Position numbers and translations under genes: made by a program. The notes under the pieces are model-generated. The model was not told where the DNA came from, searched no databases, and saw only the letters and a program-made list of their open reading frames with translations. This document shows, one piece after another, positions 8,499 through 16,549 of a stretch of 64,000 nucleotides of DNA (positions are counted from its first letter, which is position 1; the number at the start of each line of letters is the position of its first letter). The DNA is from an uncultured Acidobacteriota bacterium (GTDB lineage Bacteria; Acidobacteriota; Thermoanaerobaculia; UBA5066; Gp7-AA6): NCBI GenBank assembly GCA_963815655.1, contig CAWFHK010000001.1, positions 1,697,201 to 1,761,200 of the forward strand, written 5' to 3'.

Positions 8499-9755
8499 CT
8501 AAACTCTCTTGAAGACCAGGCAGCCGTTGGTGCCGCCGAAGCCGAAGGAATTGGAGAGGGCGTGGCGGATCGGCGCGGAGCGCGCCGTGTTCGGGACGTA
8601 GTCCAGATCGCACTCCGGGTCGGGGGTCTCGTAGTTGGTCGTCGGCGGCATCACCTGGTTCTCCACCGCGAGCGCGCAGATCGCGCTCTCGAGCCCCCCG
8701 GCGGCGCCGAGGAGGTGCCCCGTCATGGACTTGGTGGACGAGATCGCGACCTTCCGGGCGTGAGGACCGAAGACCATCTTGATGGCCATCGTCTCAACCT
8801 TGTCGCCGGCCGGCGTCGAAGTGCCGTGGGCGTTGATGTAGTCCACGTCCTCCGGGTTGATCCCGGCGTCTTCCAGGGCGTTGCGCATGACGCGCGCCGG
8901 CCCGTCGCCGTCCTCCGAAGGGGCCGCGATGTGATACGCGTCGCCCGACATGCCGTACCCGGCGAGCTCGCAGTAGATGTGGGCGCCGCGCTTCCTCGCC
9001 GCTTCCATCTCCTCCAGGATGACGAGGCCCGCTCCCTCCCCGATGACGAAGCCGTCGCGGCCGCGGTCCCAGGGGCGCGACGCGTGCTCCGGGTCGTCGT
9101 TGCGCGTCGAGAGGGCCCGCATGACCGCGAAGCCCCCCACGGCCAGCGGCGTCATCACGGATTCGGCCCCGCCGGCGATGGCGGCGTCGGCGTCGCCGTA
9201 CTGGATCTTGCGGTACGCCTCGCCGACCGCGTGCGCGCCCGTCGTGCAGGCCGTCACGGTCGCCAGGTTGGGGCCCTTCAGGCCGTACTTGATCGAGATG
9301 TTTCCCGCCGCCTCGTTGACGATGAGGCCCGTGATGAAAAACGGGGAGATGACCCGCGCGTTGTTGCCGCTCTCGACATACTCGCGGCAGGTCTTCTCGA
9401 TGAGGGGGAGGCCGCCGATGCCGGACCCGACCACGACGGCGATCCGCTCCCGGTTGGCGTCGGTCACCGGGAGGCCCGAGTCCTCCATGGCGAAGTGGGC
9501 GGCCCCCATCGCGTAGTGGATGAAGGTGTCCATCTTCTTGATCTCCTTCTTCTCGATGAAGAGAGAAGGATCGAACCCCTTGACCTCGGCCGCGATGCGG
9601 CACGTGAAGGGGGACGGGTCGAAGCGGGTGATCGGGCCCACGCCGTTCCTGCCGGCGAGGAGCGCCTCCCAGTTGGCGGCGTTCCCGATCCCGACCGGCG
9701 AGACGAGGCCCAGTCCCGTCACGGCCACCCGGCGGGGAGAGGAGAAACGGGGCAT
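8499..9755 (-). CDS. fabF: Beta-ketoacyl-ACP synthase II
   Basis: 418 aa; RRVAVTGLGLVSPVG, active-site region ATVTACTTGAHAVGEA, C-terminal NSFGFGGTNGCLVF. Confidence 0.93.
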   Translation of the reverse strand: MPRFSSPRRVAVTGLGLVSPVGIGNAANWEALLAGRNGVGPITRFDPSPFTCRIAAEVKGFDPSLFIEKKEIKKMDTFIHYAMGAAHFAMEDSGLPVTDANRERIAVVVGSGIGGLPLIEKTCREYVESGNNARVISPFFITGLIVNEAAGNISIKYGLKGPNLATVTACTTGAHAVGEAYRKIQYGDADAAIAGGAESVMTPLAVGGFAVMRALSTRNDDPEHASRPWDRGRDGFVIGEGAGLVILEEMEAARKRGAHIYCELAGYGMSGDAYHIAAPSEDGDGPARVMRNALEDAGINPEDVDYINAHGTSTPAGDKVETMAIKMVFGPHARKVAISSTKSMTGHLLGAAGGLESAICALAVENQVMPPTTNYETPDPECDLDYVPNTARSAPIRHALSNSFGFGGTNGCLVFKRV

Positions 9756-9778
9756 GATTTTTCTATCGGGGCACGAGA

Positions 9779-10018
9779 TCAGTTCTGCGAGGAATTCTTC
9801 TCGATGTAGGCGACGGCGTCCTTGACCTTCTGGATCTTCTCGGCGGCTTCGTCCGGGATCTCGATGTTGAACGCTTCTTCGAATGCCATGACGAGCTCGA
9901 CGGTGTCAAGAGAATCCGCGCCGAGGTCGTCCACGAAAGAGGCTTCCGGAGTGACCTCGTTGGCATCCACTCCGAGCTGCTCGACGATGATGCTCTTGAC
10001 CTTCTCTTCCACACTCAT
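9779..10018 (-). CDS. acpP: Acyl carrier protein
   Basis: 79 aa; [18 protein letters not shown] phosphopantetheine-attachment motif. Confidence 0.95.
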   Translation of the reverse strand: MSVEEKVKSIIVEQLGVDANEVTPEASFVDDLGADSLDTVELVMAFEEAFNIEIPDEAAEKIQKVKDAVAYIEKNSSQN

Positions 10019-10061
10019 TCGGTTCCCCTTTCTCGTTCAGAAGCCGCCGTATTCTAGCGAA

Positions 10062-10126
10062 GTTTCAGGTTTCAGGTTTCAGGAACCCTCCCGTCCTCCT
10101 GAAACCTGGAACCTGAAACCTGAAAC
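10062..10126. repeat. Inverted heptamer micro-array hairpin, (GTTTCAG)x3 ... (CTGAAAC/CTGGAAC)x4, between fabG and acpP
   Basis: gtttcaggtttcaggtttcagg aaccctcccgtcct cctgaaacctggaacctgaaacctgaaac read directly. Confidence 0.9.
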
Positions 10127-10128
10127 CC

Positions 10129-10872
10129 TTACATATAGAGCCCCCCGGACACGTTCAGCACGGTTCCGGTCACGTAGGCGGCTTCGTCGGAGGCCAGCCA
10201 GGCCACGGCGGCGGCGACGTCGTCGGGCGTGCCGAGCCGGCCGAGAGGGATCTGGCCGGAGAGCGACTCCCGCGCGGCCTCGGTCATCCTCTCCGACATC
10301 GCGGTCTCGATGAAGCCGGGCGCGACGGCGTTGCAGGTGATGTTGCGGGAGGCGAGCTCCCGCGCGACGGACTTGGTCAGGCCGACGAGCCCCGCCTTCG
10401 AGGCGGCGTAGTTGACCTGGCCGGCGTTTCCCATGAGGCCCACGACCGACGTGATGTTGACGATCCGCCCGGAGCGCTTGCGCAGCATCGCCTTGACGGC
10501 GGCCTGCGTCAGGAGGAAGACCCCGGTCAGGTTGGTCGCGAGCACCCGGTCCCAGGCGTCCTTCGACATGCGGAGCACGAGGTTGTCTTCCGTGACGCCG
10601 GCGTTGTTGACGAGGACGTCGATCTGTCCATGGGCCGCGAGGACGGATTTCATTCCGTTCTCGATCGAACCCGCGTCGGCCAGGTCGAGCGGGAGCGCGG
10701 AGGCCTTGCCGCCGGCGGCCGCGATCCCGGAGACGACCTTCTCCAGCGCTTCGACCGTCCGCGCCGCCGCCACGACGGTGGCGCCTTCCGCGCCGAGCCG
10801 CCGAGCGATCGCCTCGCCGATCCCGCGCGACGCGCCGGTGACGAGGGCGACCTTGCCGTCGAAGCGCTTCAT
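10129..10872 (-). CDS. fabG: 3-oxoacyl-ACP reductase
   Basis: 247 aa; ALVTGASRGIG, NNAGV and YAASKAG SDR motifs; fab operon context. Confidence 0.92.
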   Translation of the reverse strand: MKRFDGKVALVTGASRGIGEAIARRLGAEGATVVAAARTVEALEKVVSGIAAAGGKASALPLDLADAGSIENGMKSVLAAHGQIDVLVNNAGVTEDNLVLRMSKDAWDRVLATNLTGVFLLTQAAVKAMLRKRSGRIVNITSVVGLMGNAGQVNYAASKAGLVGLTKSVARELASRNITCNAVAPGFIETAMSERMTEAARESLSGQIPLGRLGTPDDVAAAVAWLASDEAAYVTGTVLNVSGGLYM

Positions 10873-10927
10873 GGGCAGAGTCTATCTTTCCGCGCCCTGT
10901 CCATTTCCGAGCCCGTCCCCGCCCCCT

Positions 10928-11150
10928 GTCATTCTGAGGAGCGCAGCGACGAAGAATCTGCCCCTCGGGAGTGGAAAGCACCGGAGCAGATCCCTCGCGG
11001 AGCCTGTCCCGAGCGGATGATGCGACTCGAAGCAGTGAGAGTAGATCCCTCGCTTCGCTCGGGATGACAGAGAGAGCGAGGGGCTCGGGATGACAGAGAG
11101 AGCGAGGGGCTCGGGATGACAGTGGGCAGCGAGGGGCTCAGGATGACAGA
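10928..11150. repeat. REP family A/B composite repeat ending in a 26-nt unit tandemly repeated three times
   Basis: gtcattctgaggagcgcagcgacgaagaatctgc ... gagcagatccctcgcggagcctgtcccgagcggatgatgcgactcgaagcagtgagagtagatccctcgcttcgctc, then (gggatgacagagagagcgaggggctc)x3. Confidence 0.85.
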
Positions 11151-11160
11151 GAAATGGAAC

Positions 11161-11200
11161 CGGCTACTTTGGACCTTGGACCTTGGACCTTGGACCCTCG
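11161..11200. repeat. (GGACCTT)x4 heptamer array; 40-nt sequence repeated in inverted orientation at 21445-21484
   Basis: cggctactttggaccttggaccttggaccttggaccctcg versus reverse complement of 21445-21484, gggctactttggaccttggactttggaccttggaccctcg. Confidence 0.9.
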
Positions 11201-11202
11201 CC

Positions 11203-12165
11203 TCATTTCGGCTTGTCCACGATGTCCGGCAGGTCGCGGCTCCACGTGTCCACGATGGCCTTCGCCACGTCGGCGATGGCGAGCACCGAGGGGTGATCCG
11301 CGGAGCTGACGACGTCGGCCTTGCTGCCGTCGGTCAGGACGACGAGGACGAACCTCCCCTTCTTCGTCCGGAGGACGCCGGAGTCGTTGCGCACGCCGCG
11401 CATCGAGCCGGACTTGCCGGCCCAGAGCATCTCGGACGGGAAGCGCCGCGCGATCCGCTGGCGCGTGGGGTCTTTGTCGAGGTACTCGAAGATCCTGCGG
11501 GAGGACTCGGCGCCCAGGACCTCCCCGCTCGCGACGCGCCCCATCCAGTCCGCCAGCTCGGCCGGCGTGACCGAGCCCAGGCGAAACCCCCGCCACGGAG
11601 AGGGGTCGTCGTGGGCGTGCGCGAGCGAAGGGATCATGCCGAAGAGATGGATGTGGGGAAGGCCCATCGCCGCCATGCGCGCGTTGATGGCGTCGATGCC
11701 CAGCCGCTCGATCCAGGCGTTGGTGGCGGTGTTGTCGGAGGGGCCGATCATGAGCGTGACGAGGTCGTTCCACGTCGGGTTGAGCCCCGCGTCCAGCATC
11801 AGGAGCATCCCCGAGCCGTCCGCCTTCTTCTCCTCGGAGAGAGTCCAGCGGTCCGACAGCGAGATCGTCCCGTCTTTCACCCGGGCCATCGCCTCGGTCA
11901 GGATGGCGATCTTGATGACCGACGCCGACTCGAATTCTCCGGCGCCGTTCTTCTCGTAGGTCCGGCCGCTCTCCAGGTGCCTCGCCGCGACCCCGATGCG
12001 GCACGCGCAGCGGCGCGAGGCGGCCTCCACCGCCGCGTCGATCGGGGAAGCCTTGCCTCCCTTCCCCACCGTCGCGCACCCCCCGGCAAGGAGGGCGCCG
12101 ACAACAACGAGGAGGATCCTCCCGGCTCCCCGAAACTTGAAACCTGGAACCTGAAACCTCTTCAC
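11203..12165 (-). CDS. Class A beta-lactamase-fold serine hydrolase, probable lipoprotein or secreted protein
   Basis: 320 aa; SVIK (SxxK), SDN (GPSDNTATN) and KSG (AGKSGS) motifs. N-terminal hydrophobic stretch ending LLAGGC. GTG start overlaps the fabD stop (GTGA). Confidence 0.75.
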   Translation of the reverse strand: MKRFQVPGFKFRGAGRILLVVVGALLAGGCATVGKGGKASPIDAAVEAASRRCACRIGVAARHLESGRTYEKNGAGEFESASVIKIAILTEAMARVKDGTISLSDRWTLSEEKKADGSGMLLMLDAGLNPTWNDLVTLMIGPSDNTATNAWIERLGIDAINARMAAMGLPHIHLFGMIPSLAHAHDDPSPWRGFRLGSVTPAELADWMGRVASGEVLGAESSRRIFEYLDKDPTRQRIARRFPSEMLWAGKSGSMRGVRNDSGVLRTKKGRFVLVVLTDGSKADVVSSADHPSVLAIADVAKAIVDTWSRDLPDIVDKPK

Positions 12166-13076
12166 GCGTCCCCTCCGTAAGACTCGACCGCGATGCCCTT
12201 CTCGATCCGGCGCACCAGTCCCGCCAGCACCTTCCCCGGCCCGATCTCGAGCGCCCGATCGACTCCTTCTCGAGCGAGGATCCGCACGGATTCGACCCAG
12301 CGCACCGGGGCGTCCACCTGGGCGAGCAGGGCCTCGCGCAGGAGCGATCCCCGCGACTCGGGACGGGCGTCCACGTTGGTGACGACGGGGATCGCGGCGT
12401 CCAAGAAGCGCGTCTCCTCCAGGAGCGGCCGCAACCGCTCGCGGGCGGGAGCCATGAGGGAGCAGTGGAAGGGAGCGGACACGGAAAGCGGGATCGCGCG
12501 CCTGGCGCCCCGCGCCGAGCAGGCCGCGCAGGCGCGCGCGACGGCTCCGGCGTGGCCGGCGATCACCGTCTGCTCCGGAGAGTTGAAGTTGGCCGGCGAG
12601 ACGACCTCTCCCTGCGCGGCTTCCCCGCAGGCGGCCTCGACCTCCTCGGGAGAGAGCCCGATGATCGCCGCCATCGCGCCCACGCCGGCGGGCACCGCTT
12701 CCTGCATGAAGACGCCTCGCTGGCGAACGAGCCGCACGGCGTCCGCGAAGGAGAGAACGCCCGCCGCGACCTCCGCCGAGTATTCGCCCAGGGAATGTCC
12801 CGCGGCGAAGCCCGCTCCTTCGATCCGCTCCGGAAAGCGCGCCTGGAGTTCGCGCCAGGCGGCGATCGAGTGCGCCAGGATGGCCGGCTGCGTGTTCGCG
12901 GTCCGCTGGAGCTCCTCCTCGGGCCCCTCGAAGCAGAGCCGCGACAGCGCGAAACCGAGCGCCGTGTCCGCCTCTTCGAACACCGCCCGCGCCGCCGGAG
13001 AAGCCCCGCAGAGATGCTTCCCCATTCCGACGAACTGGGAGCCCTGGCCGGGAAAAAGGAGAGCGAGTCTGCTCAT
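12162..13076 (-). CDS. fabD: Malonyl-CoA:ACP transacylase
   Basis: 304 aa; LFPGQGSQ and GHSLGEYSA active-site motifs. Confidence 0.93.
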   Translation of the reverse strand: MSRLALLFPGQGSQFVGMGKHLCGASPAARAVFEEADTALGFALSRLCFEGPEEELQRTANTQPAILAHSIAAWRELQARFPERIEGAGFAAGHSLGEYSAEVAAGVLSFADAVRLVRQRGVFMQEAVPAGVGAMAAIIGLSPEEVEAACGEAAQGEVVSPANFNSPEQTVIAGHAGAVARACAACSARGARRAIPLSVSAPFHCSLMAPARERLRPLLEETRFLDAAIPVVTNVDARPESRGSLLREALLAQVDAPVRWVESVRILAREGVDRALEIGPGKVLAGLVRRIEKGIAVESYGGDA

Positions 13077-13091
13077 GGACGGGTGGAGCCG

Positions 13092-13164
13092 GTTTCAGGT
13101 TTCACGTTTCAAGTTTCAGGAGGCACCCGGCGCTCCTTGAAACCTGAAACCTGAAACCTGAAAC
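13092..13164. repeat. Inverted heptamer micro-array hairpin (GTTTCAG family) between fabH and fabD
   Basis: gtttcaggtttcacgtttcaagtttcagg aggcacccggcgct ccttgaaacctgaaacctgaaacctgaaac. Confidence 0.9.
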
Positions 13165-13172
13165 TCATCTCT

Positions 13173-14156
13173 CTACCACCTCACAAGGACCGACCCCCAG
13201 ACGAGTCCGGCGCCGAAGGCGGTCATCAACACCAGGTCGCCGGTCTTGATCCTCCCGGCTTCGACGAGCTCGTCCAGGGCGATCGGGATCGAGGCGGCGG
13301 AGGTGTTGCCGTAGCGCTCCACGTTCTTGTAAACGCGCTCGGCCGGGAACTTCAGGCGCGAGCCGACGGCGTCGATGATCCGCTCGTTGGCCTGGTGCGG
13401 GATGAAGACGTGGATCTCCTCGTTCTTGAACCCCTGCTCGGCCAGCAGCTCGGCCGTGACGTCGGCCATCGCCTTGACCGCCACCTTGAACGTCTCGTTC
13501 CCCTTCATCTTGATGTACGGCAGCCTCTGCTCGATGGTCCTCGGATCGTTGGCGGGATGGTTCGAGCCGCCCCCCGGCATGTCGATGTAGCCGGCGTAGT
13601 TGCCGTTGCACTTCATCCGGGTGCCGAGGATGCCGTGGTCCCCCTTCGTGGCCTGGAGGACGACGGCGCCCGCCCCGTCGCCGAAGAGGACGCAGGTCGA
13701 GCGGTCGGTCCAGTCCACGTAGCGCGTCAGGACCTCCCCTCCGATGACCAGGACGTTCTCCGCCTTGTTGGACTGGATGAGCGCGTCCGCCAGGTGCAGC
13801 CCGTAGAGAAACCCGACGCACGCGGCGCCGATGTCGGAGGCCGCCGCTCCTGTCGCACCGAGATTCTTCTGGACGAGGCACGCCGTGGCCGGGAACGGCA
13901 TGTCTCCGGAGATCGTGCCGACGAGGATCATGTCGAGCTCTTCGGGCTTGACGTGCGCGCGCTTGAGTGCGGCATCAGCGGCCTTCGTGCAGAGGTCGGA
14001 GAACTTCTCCCCCTCCGAAATGATGTGGCGCTCCTTGATGCCGGTCCGCTCGGTGATCCACTGGTCGCTCGTCTCGACGATCCTCTCGAGATCCGCGTTG
14101 GTCAGGAGCTTCTTCGGCACCGCCGCCCCGGTGCCCAGGATCTTCGCCCGGTTCAT
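13173..14156 (-). CDS. fabH: Beta-ketoacyl-ACP synthase III
   Basis: 327 aa; DIGAACVGFLYGL active-site Cys region, HQAN, GNTSAASIP. Confidence 0.93.
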   Translation of the reverse strand: MNRAKILGTGAAVPKKLLTNADLERIVETSDQWITERTGIKERHIISEGEKFSDLCTKAADAALKRAHVKPEELDMILVGTISGDMPFPATACLVQKNLGATGAAASDIGAACVGFLYGLHLADALIQSNKAENVLVIGGEVLTRYVDWTDRSTCVLFGDGAGAVVLQATKGDHGILGTRMKCNGNYAGYIDMPGGGSNHPANDPRTIEQRLPYIKMKGNETFKVAVKAMADVTAELLAEQGFKNEEIHVFIPHQANERIIDAVGSRLKFPAERVYKNVERYGNTSAASIPIALDELVEAGRIKTGDLVLMTAFGAGLVWGSVLVRW

Positions 14157-14162
14157 CGATGG

Positions 14163-15182
14163 CTAGCTCTCCACCGCCCGCGCCTCGCGCGAATGGAGGT
14201 CGGCGATGGAGGATTGGATCTTCTGCGCCAGGGACTGGCGGGAGAACTCCGCGGCGAGGCGGATGGCGTTCTTGACGGCCTTGGCGCTCGAGCGGCCATG
14301 GCAGATGATGACGCATCCCTTCACTCCCAGCAGCGGAGCCCCTCCGTATTCCGAATAGTCGAGGCGGGTCTTGAAACGGCGGAAGGCCGAGCGCGACAGC
14401 AGGAACCCGACGGAGGCCTTCAGCGTCCTCTTGATCTCCTCGCGCAGGAGCTGCTCGACCATCTCGGAGAGGGACTCGGACACCTTGAGAATCACGTTGC
14501 CGGTGAAGCCGTCGGTCACGATGACGTCCACCCTTCCGTTGAAGACGTCCCGCCCTTCGACGTTCCCGATGAAGTTCAGTCCCGTCTCCTTCAGCGTCTT
14601 GAAGGCCTCCTTGGTGCGGTCGCTCCCCTTCGTGTCCTCCTCGCCGATGGACATCAATCCGATGGAGGGAGACCGCTTTCCGAACACGAGCTGCGCGTAG
14701 ATCGAGCCCATGACCGCGAATTCCTTGAAATGCTGGGTCTTGGCCTCGGGATTCGCCCCGACGTCGAGGAGCAGGCAGTGCCCGGTCAGGTTGGGGAGAA
14801 CGGTCGCGAGCGCCGGCCGGTCCACGCCTTCGATCGTGCCGATGACCATCTTCGCGCAGACCATGGCGGCCCCGGTGTTGCCGGCCGAGACGAGCCCCTC
14901 CGCCCGGCCGTCGCGAACGCAATTGGCCGCCACCCGGATCGAAGAGTTGCGCTTCCGGCGCAGCGCCGCGACCGGATGATCGTCCATCGTCACGACCTCC
15001 GTGGCGTTCACGACCTCGATCTCCCGGCCGCGGTAGCCGGCATCCGCGAGAAGGCGGGTCAACTCCCCGGATTTTCCGACGAGAAGCGTCGCGATGCCGA
15101 ACTCCCGGTAGGCCGCGATCGCCCCGTCCACGTTGACCTGCGGGGCATGGTCTCCGCCCATCGCATCCACCGCGATGCGCAC
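14163..15182 (-). CDS. plsX: Phosphate acyltransferase PlsX
   Basis: VRIAVDAMGGDHAP N-terminus. I place the start at GTG 15180-15182, preceded by AGGAG 7 nt upstream. The track's longer ORF (to 15263) adds 27 non-conserved codons. Confidence 0.9.
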   Translation of the reverse strand: MRIAVDAMGGDHAPQVNVDGAIAAYREFGIATLLVGKSGELTRLLADAGYRGREIEVVNATEVVTMDDHPVAALRRKRNSSIRVAANCVRDGRAEGLVSAGNTGAAMVCAKMVIGTIEGVDRPALATVLPNLTGHCLLLDVGANPEAKTQHFKEFAVMGSIYAQLVFGKRSPSIGLMSIGEEDTKGSDRTKEAFKTLKETGLNFIGNVEGRDVFNGRVDVIVTDGFTGNVILKVSESLSEMVEQLLREEIKRTLKASVGFLLSRSAFRRFKTRLDYSEYGGAPLLGVKGCVIICHGRSSAKAVKNAIRLAAEFSRQSLAQKIQSSIADLHSREARAVES

Positions 15183-15288
15183 GCTAGGCTCCTGATCTCC
15201 CGGATTGCACGGTCCGGGAATTATAACGACACCCCGGGGCCGCGAGGCGTCAGGCGCCGGCAATCAGGCGAACCGCGAGAAGGCTTCG

Positions 15289-15320
15289 TCTCCCGCCTCC
15301 CGCCTCCCGCCTCCCGCCCC
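15289..15320. repeat. (CTCCCGC)x4 heptamer array between rpmF and plsX
   Basis: tctcccgcctcccgcctcccgcctcccgcccc read directly; no inverted partner seen nearby. Confidence 0.85.
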
Positions 15321-15323
15321 ATC

Positions 15324-15497
15324 TCAGGCGTTGATCGTCTGCTTTCCCTTGTAGTAACCGCAGTGCGGGCAGACGCGGTGCGGCTGCTTCGGCTCCTTGC
15401 AGTTGGGGCATTCCGAAAGGGCCGGAGGCGTCAGGGCGTCGTGCGCGCGGCGCTTGTCGCGGCGGGCCTTGCTGTGGCGCCGTTTGGGGTTGGGCAT
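15324..15497 (-). CDS. rpmF: 50S ribosomal protein L32
   Basis: Hand translation: [57 protein letters not shown] (57 aa). Below the ORF-track length cut-off. Classical yceD-rpmF-plsX context. Confidence 0.93.
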   Translation of the reverse strand: MPNPKRRHSKARRDKRRAHDALTPPALSECPNCKEPKQPHRVCPHCGYYKGKQTINA

Positions 15498-15504
15498 CGT
15501 TGAC

Positions 15505-16032
15505 CTACACTTTCTTGAGCTGTCGCAGGGCTTCCCACCGCGGGTCGGTCACGGCGACCTCGCAGCCGCAATCGGCGGCGTTCAGGTCTTCGCCGCACCG
15601 GGGGCAAAGGCCGCGGCAATCTTCCCGGCAGAGTGGTTTCATGGGCACGGCCATCTGGATCCGCTCCTCGGCGATCGGCGCGACGGAGAGCACGGGATCT
15701 TCGTAGAAATACACATCGAGATCCTCGACTTCCAGCGTGATTTCCTTGCCGACGGCGGGGGCCCGTTTCGTGAGGACGAGGGAGAAGTCCTCCCGCGCCT
15801 GGAACGGGTACGACGCCAGGCAGCGGCTGCACTCGAGCCTCCCTCCATAGGCGATCCGCGCGCCCAGCGCGAACCCCTTCTCGATGCGCGAGATCTCCCC
15901 CTCCAGGCGCACCGGCGAGATCTCGAGCAGGGGCTCACGGTCGAGCCCGGACGCCGAGAAGAACAGCTCGAACGCGAACCGCACCGGCTCGTCCTGGACC
16001 GCTTCGAGCGACAGGATGTTGGGCTCTTTCAT
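15505..16032 (-). CDS. yceD: YceD/DUF177 family protein
   Basis: 175 aa; C-terminal [17 protein letters not shown] Cys cluster and position upstream of rpmF. Confidence 0.85.
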   Translation of the reverse strand: MKEPNILSLEAVQDEPVRFAFELFFSASGLDREPLLEISPVRLEGEISRIEKGFALGARIAYGGRLECSRCLASYPFQAREDFSLVLTKRAPAVGKEITLEVEDLDVYFYEDPVLSVAPIAEERIQMAVPMKPLCREDCRGLCPRCGEDLNAADCGCEVAVTDPRWEALRQLKKV

Positions 16033-16126
16033 GATGGAACCGGCTATTTTAGCCGCCCGCCGACCGGAGTCAAACGGACGAAGCCGTCCAGTAGTGGGTC
16101 ATTTTGCAGTTGTGGCCAAGACCACG

Positions 16127-16500
16127 CCCCGGAGCCGTCGGCATTTCCCTGCGTCGGCACGCGCCGACCTGCCGCAAGGGGAAGACCTGGCCGGCGCTGA
16201 GGTTCCTCGCAATCTCACCGTGGCGCCGGTCGCGCTCTTCCATGCTCGTCACCCATGGCTTTCGGCCGCGGGCGGTCGCTGCGCGACCAAGCGGCCGAGA
16301 GATTCCAAACGGGAGTTCCGGAGTGCGGCGTCCCGGTGGAGCCGAAGTGAAGCCCCGGCGGCGGGCCCGCCTCCCGGAGGAGGCGTGAGCGAAGGAGCAG
16401 GGAGGGTCCTACCCTCGCCACGCTGCCTGTGCGACTGAGCGACAAAGCCACGGCCAGGTTCTCACTGTCAAGGCCGGGCCGTTGTCAGCGCGGCCGATGC
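16127..16500 (+). mobile_element. MITE-like element, copy 2 (right end degenerate)
   Basis: ccccggagccgtcggcatttccctgcgtcggcacgcgccgacctgccgc...gcgctcttccatgctcgtcacccat...ccccggcggcgggcccgcctcccggaggaggcgtgagcgaaggagc. Long near-identical stretches with the reverse complement of 25875-26229. Confidence 0.5.
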
Positions 16501-16510
16501 CCGTCACTCT

Positions 16511-16541
16511 GGCTGAGAGCTGAAAGCTCAGAGCTGATAGC
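16511..16541. repeat. (GCTGANA)x4 heptamer array directly upstream of the first glycosyltransferase
   Basis: ggctgagagctgaaagctcagagctgatagc; same-orientation array at 19994-20025. Confidence 0.8.
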
Positions 16542-16549
16542 TTCTTTCC

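Noticed and set aside
10062-10126. Heptamer or octamer arrays as CRISPR arrays
   Set aside because: Units are 7-8 nt with no spacers. Arrays are only 20-45 nt long, and no cas genes are in the window. These are tandem micro-repeats, not CRISPR.
13395-15503. 702-aa plus-strand ORF across fabH, plsX and rpmF
   Set aside because: It is antisense to three unambiguous genes and has no recognisable motifs. It is a high-GC shadow ORF.
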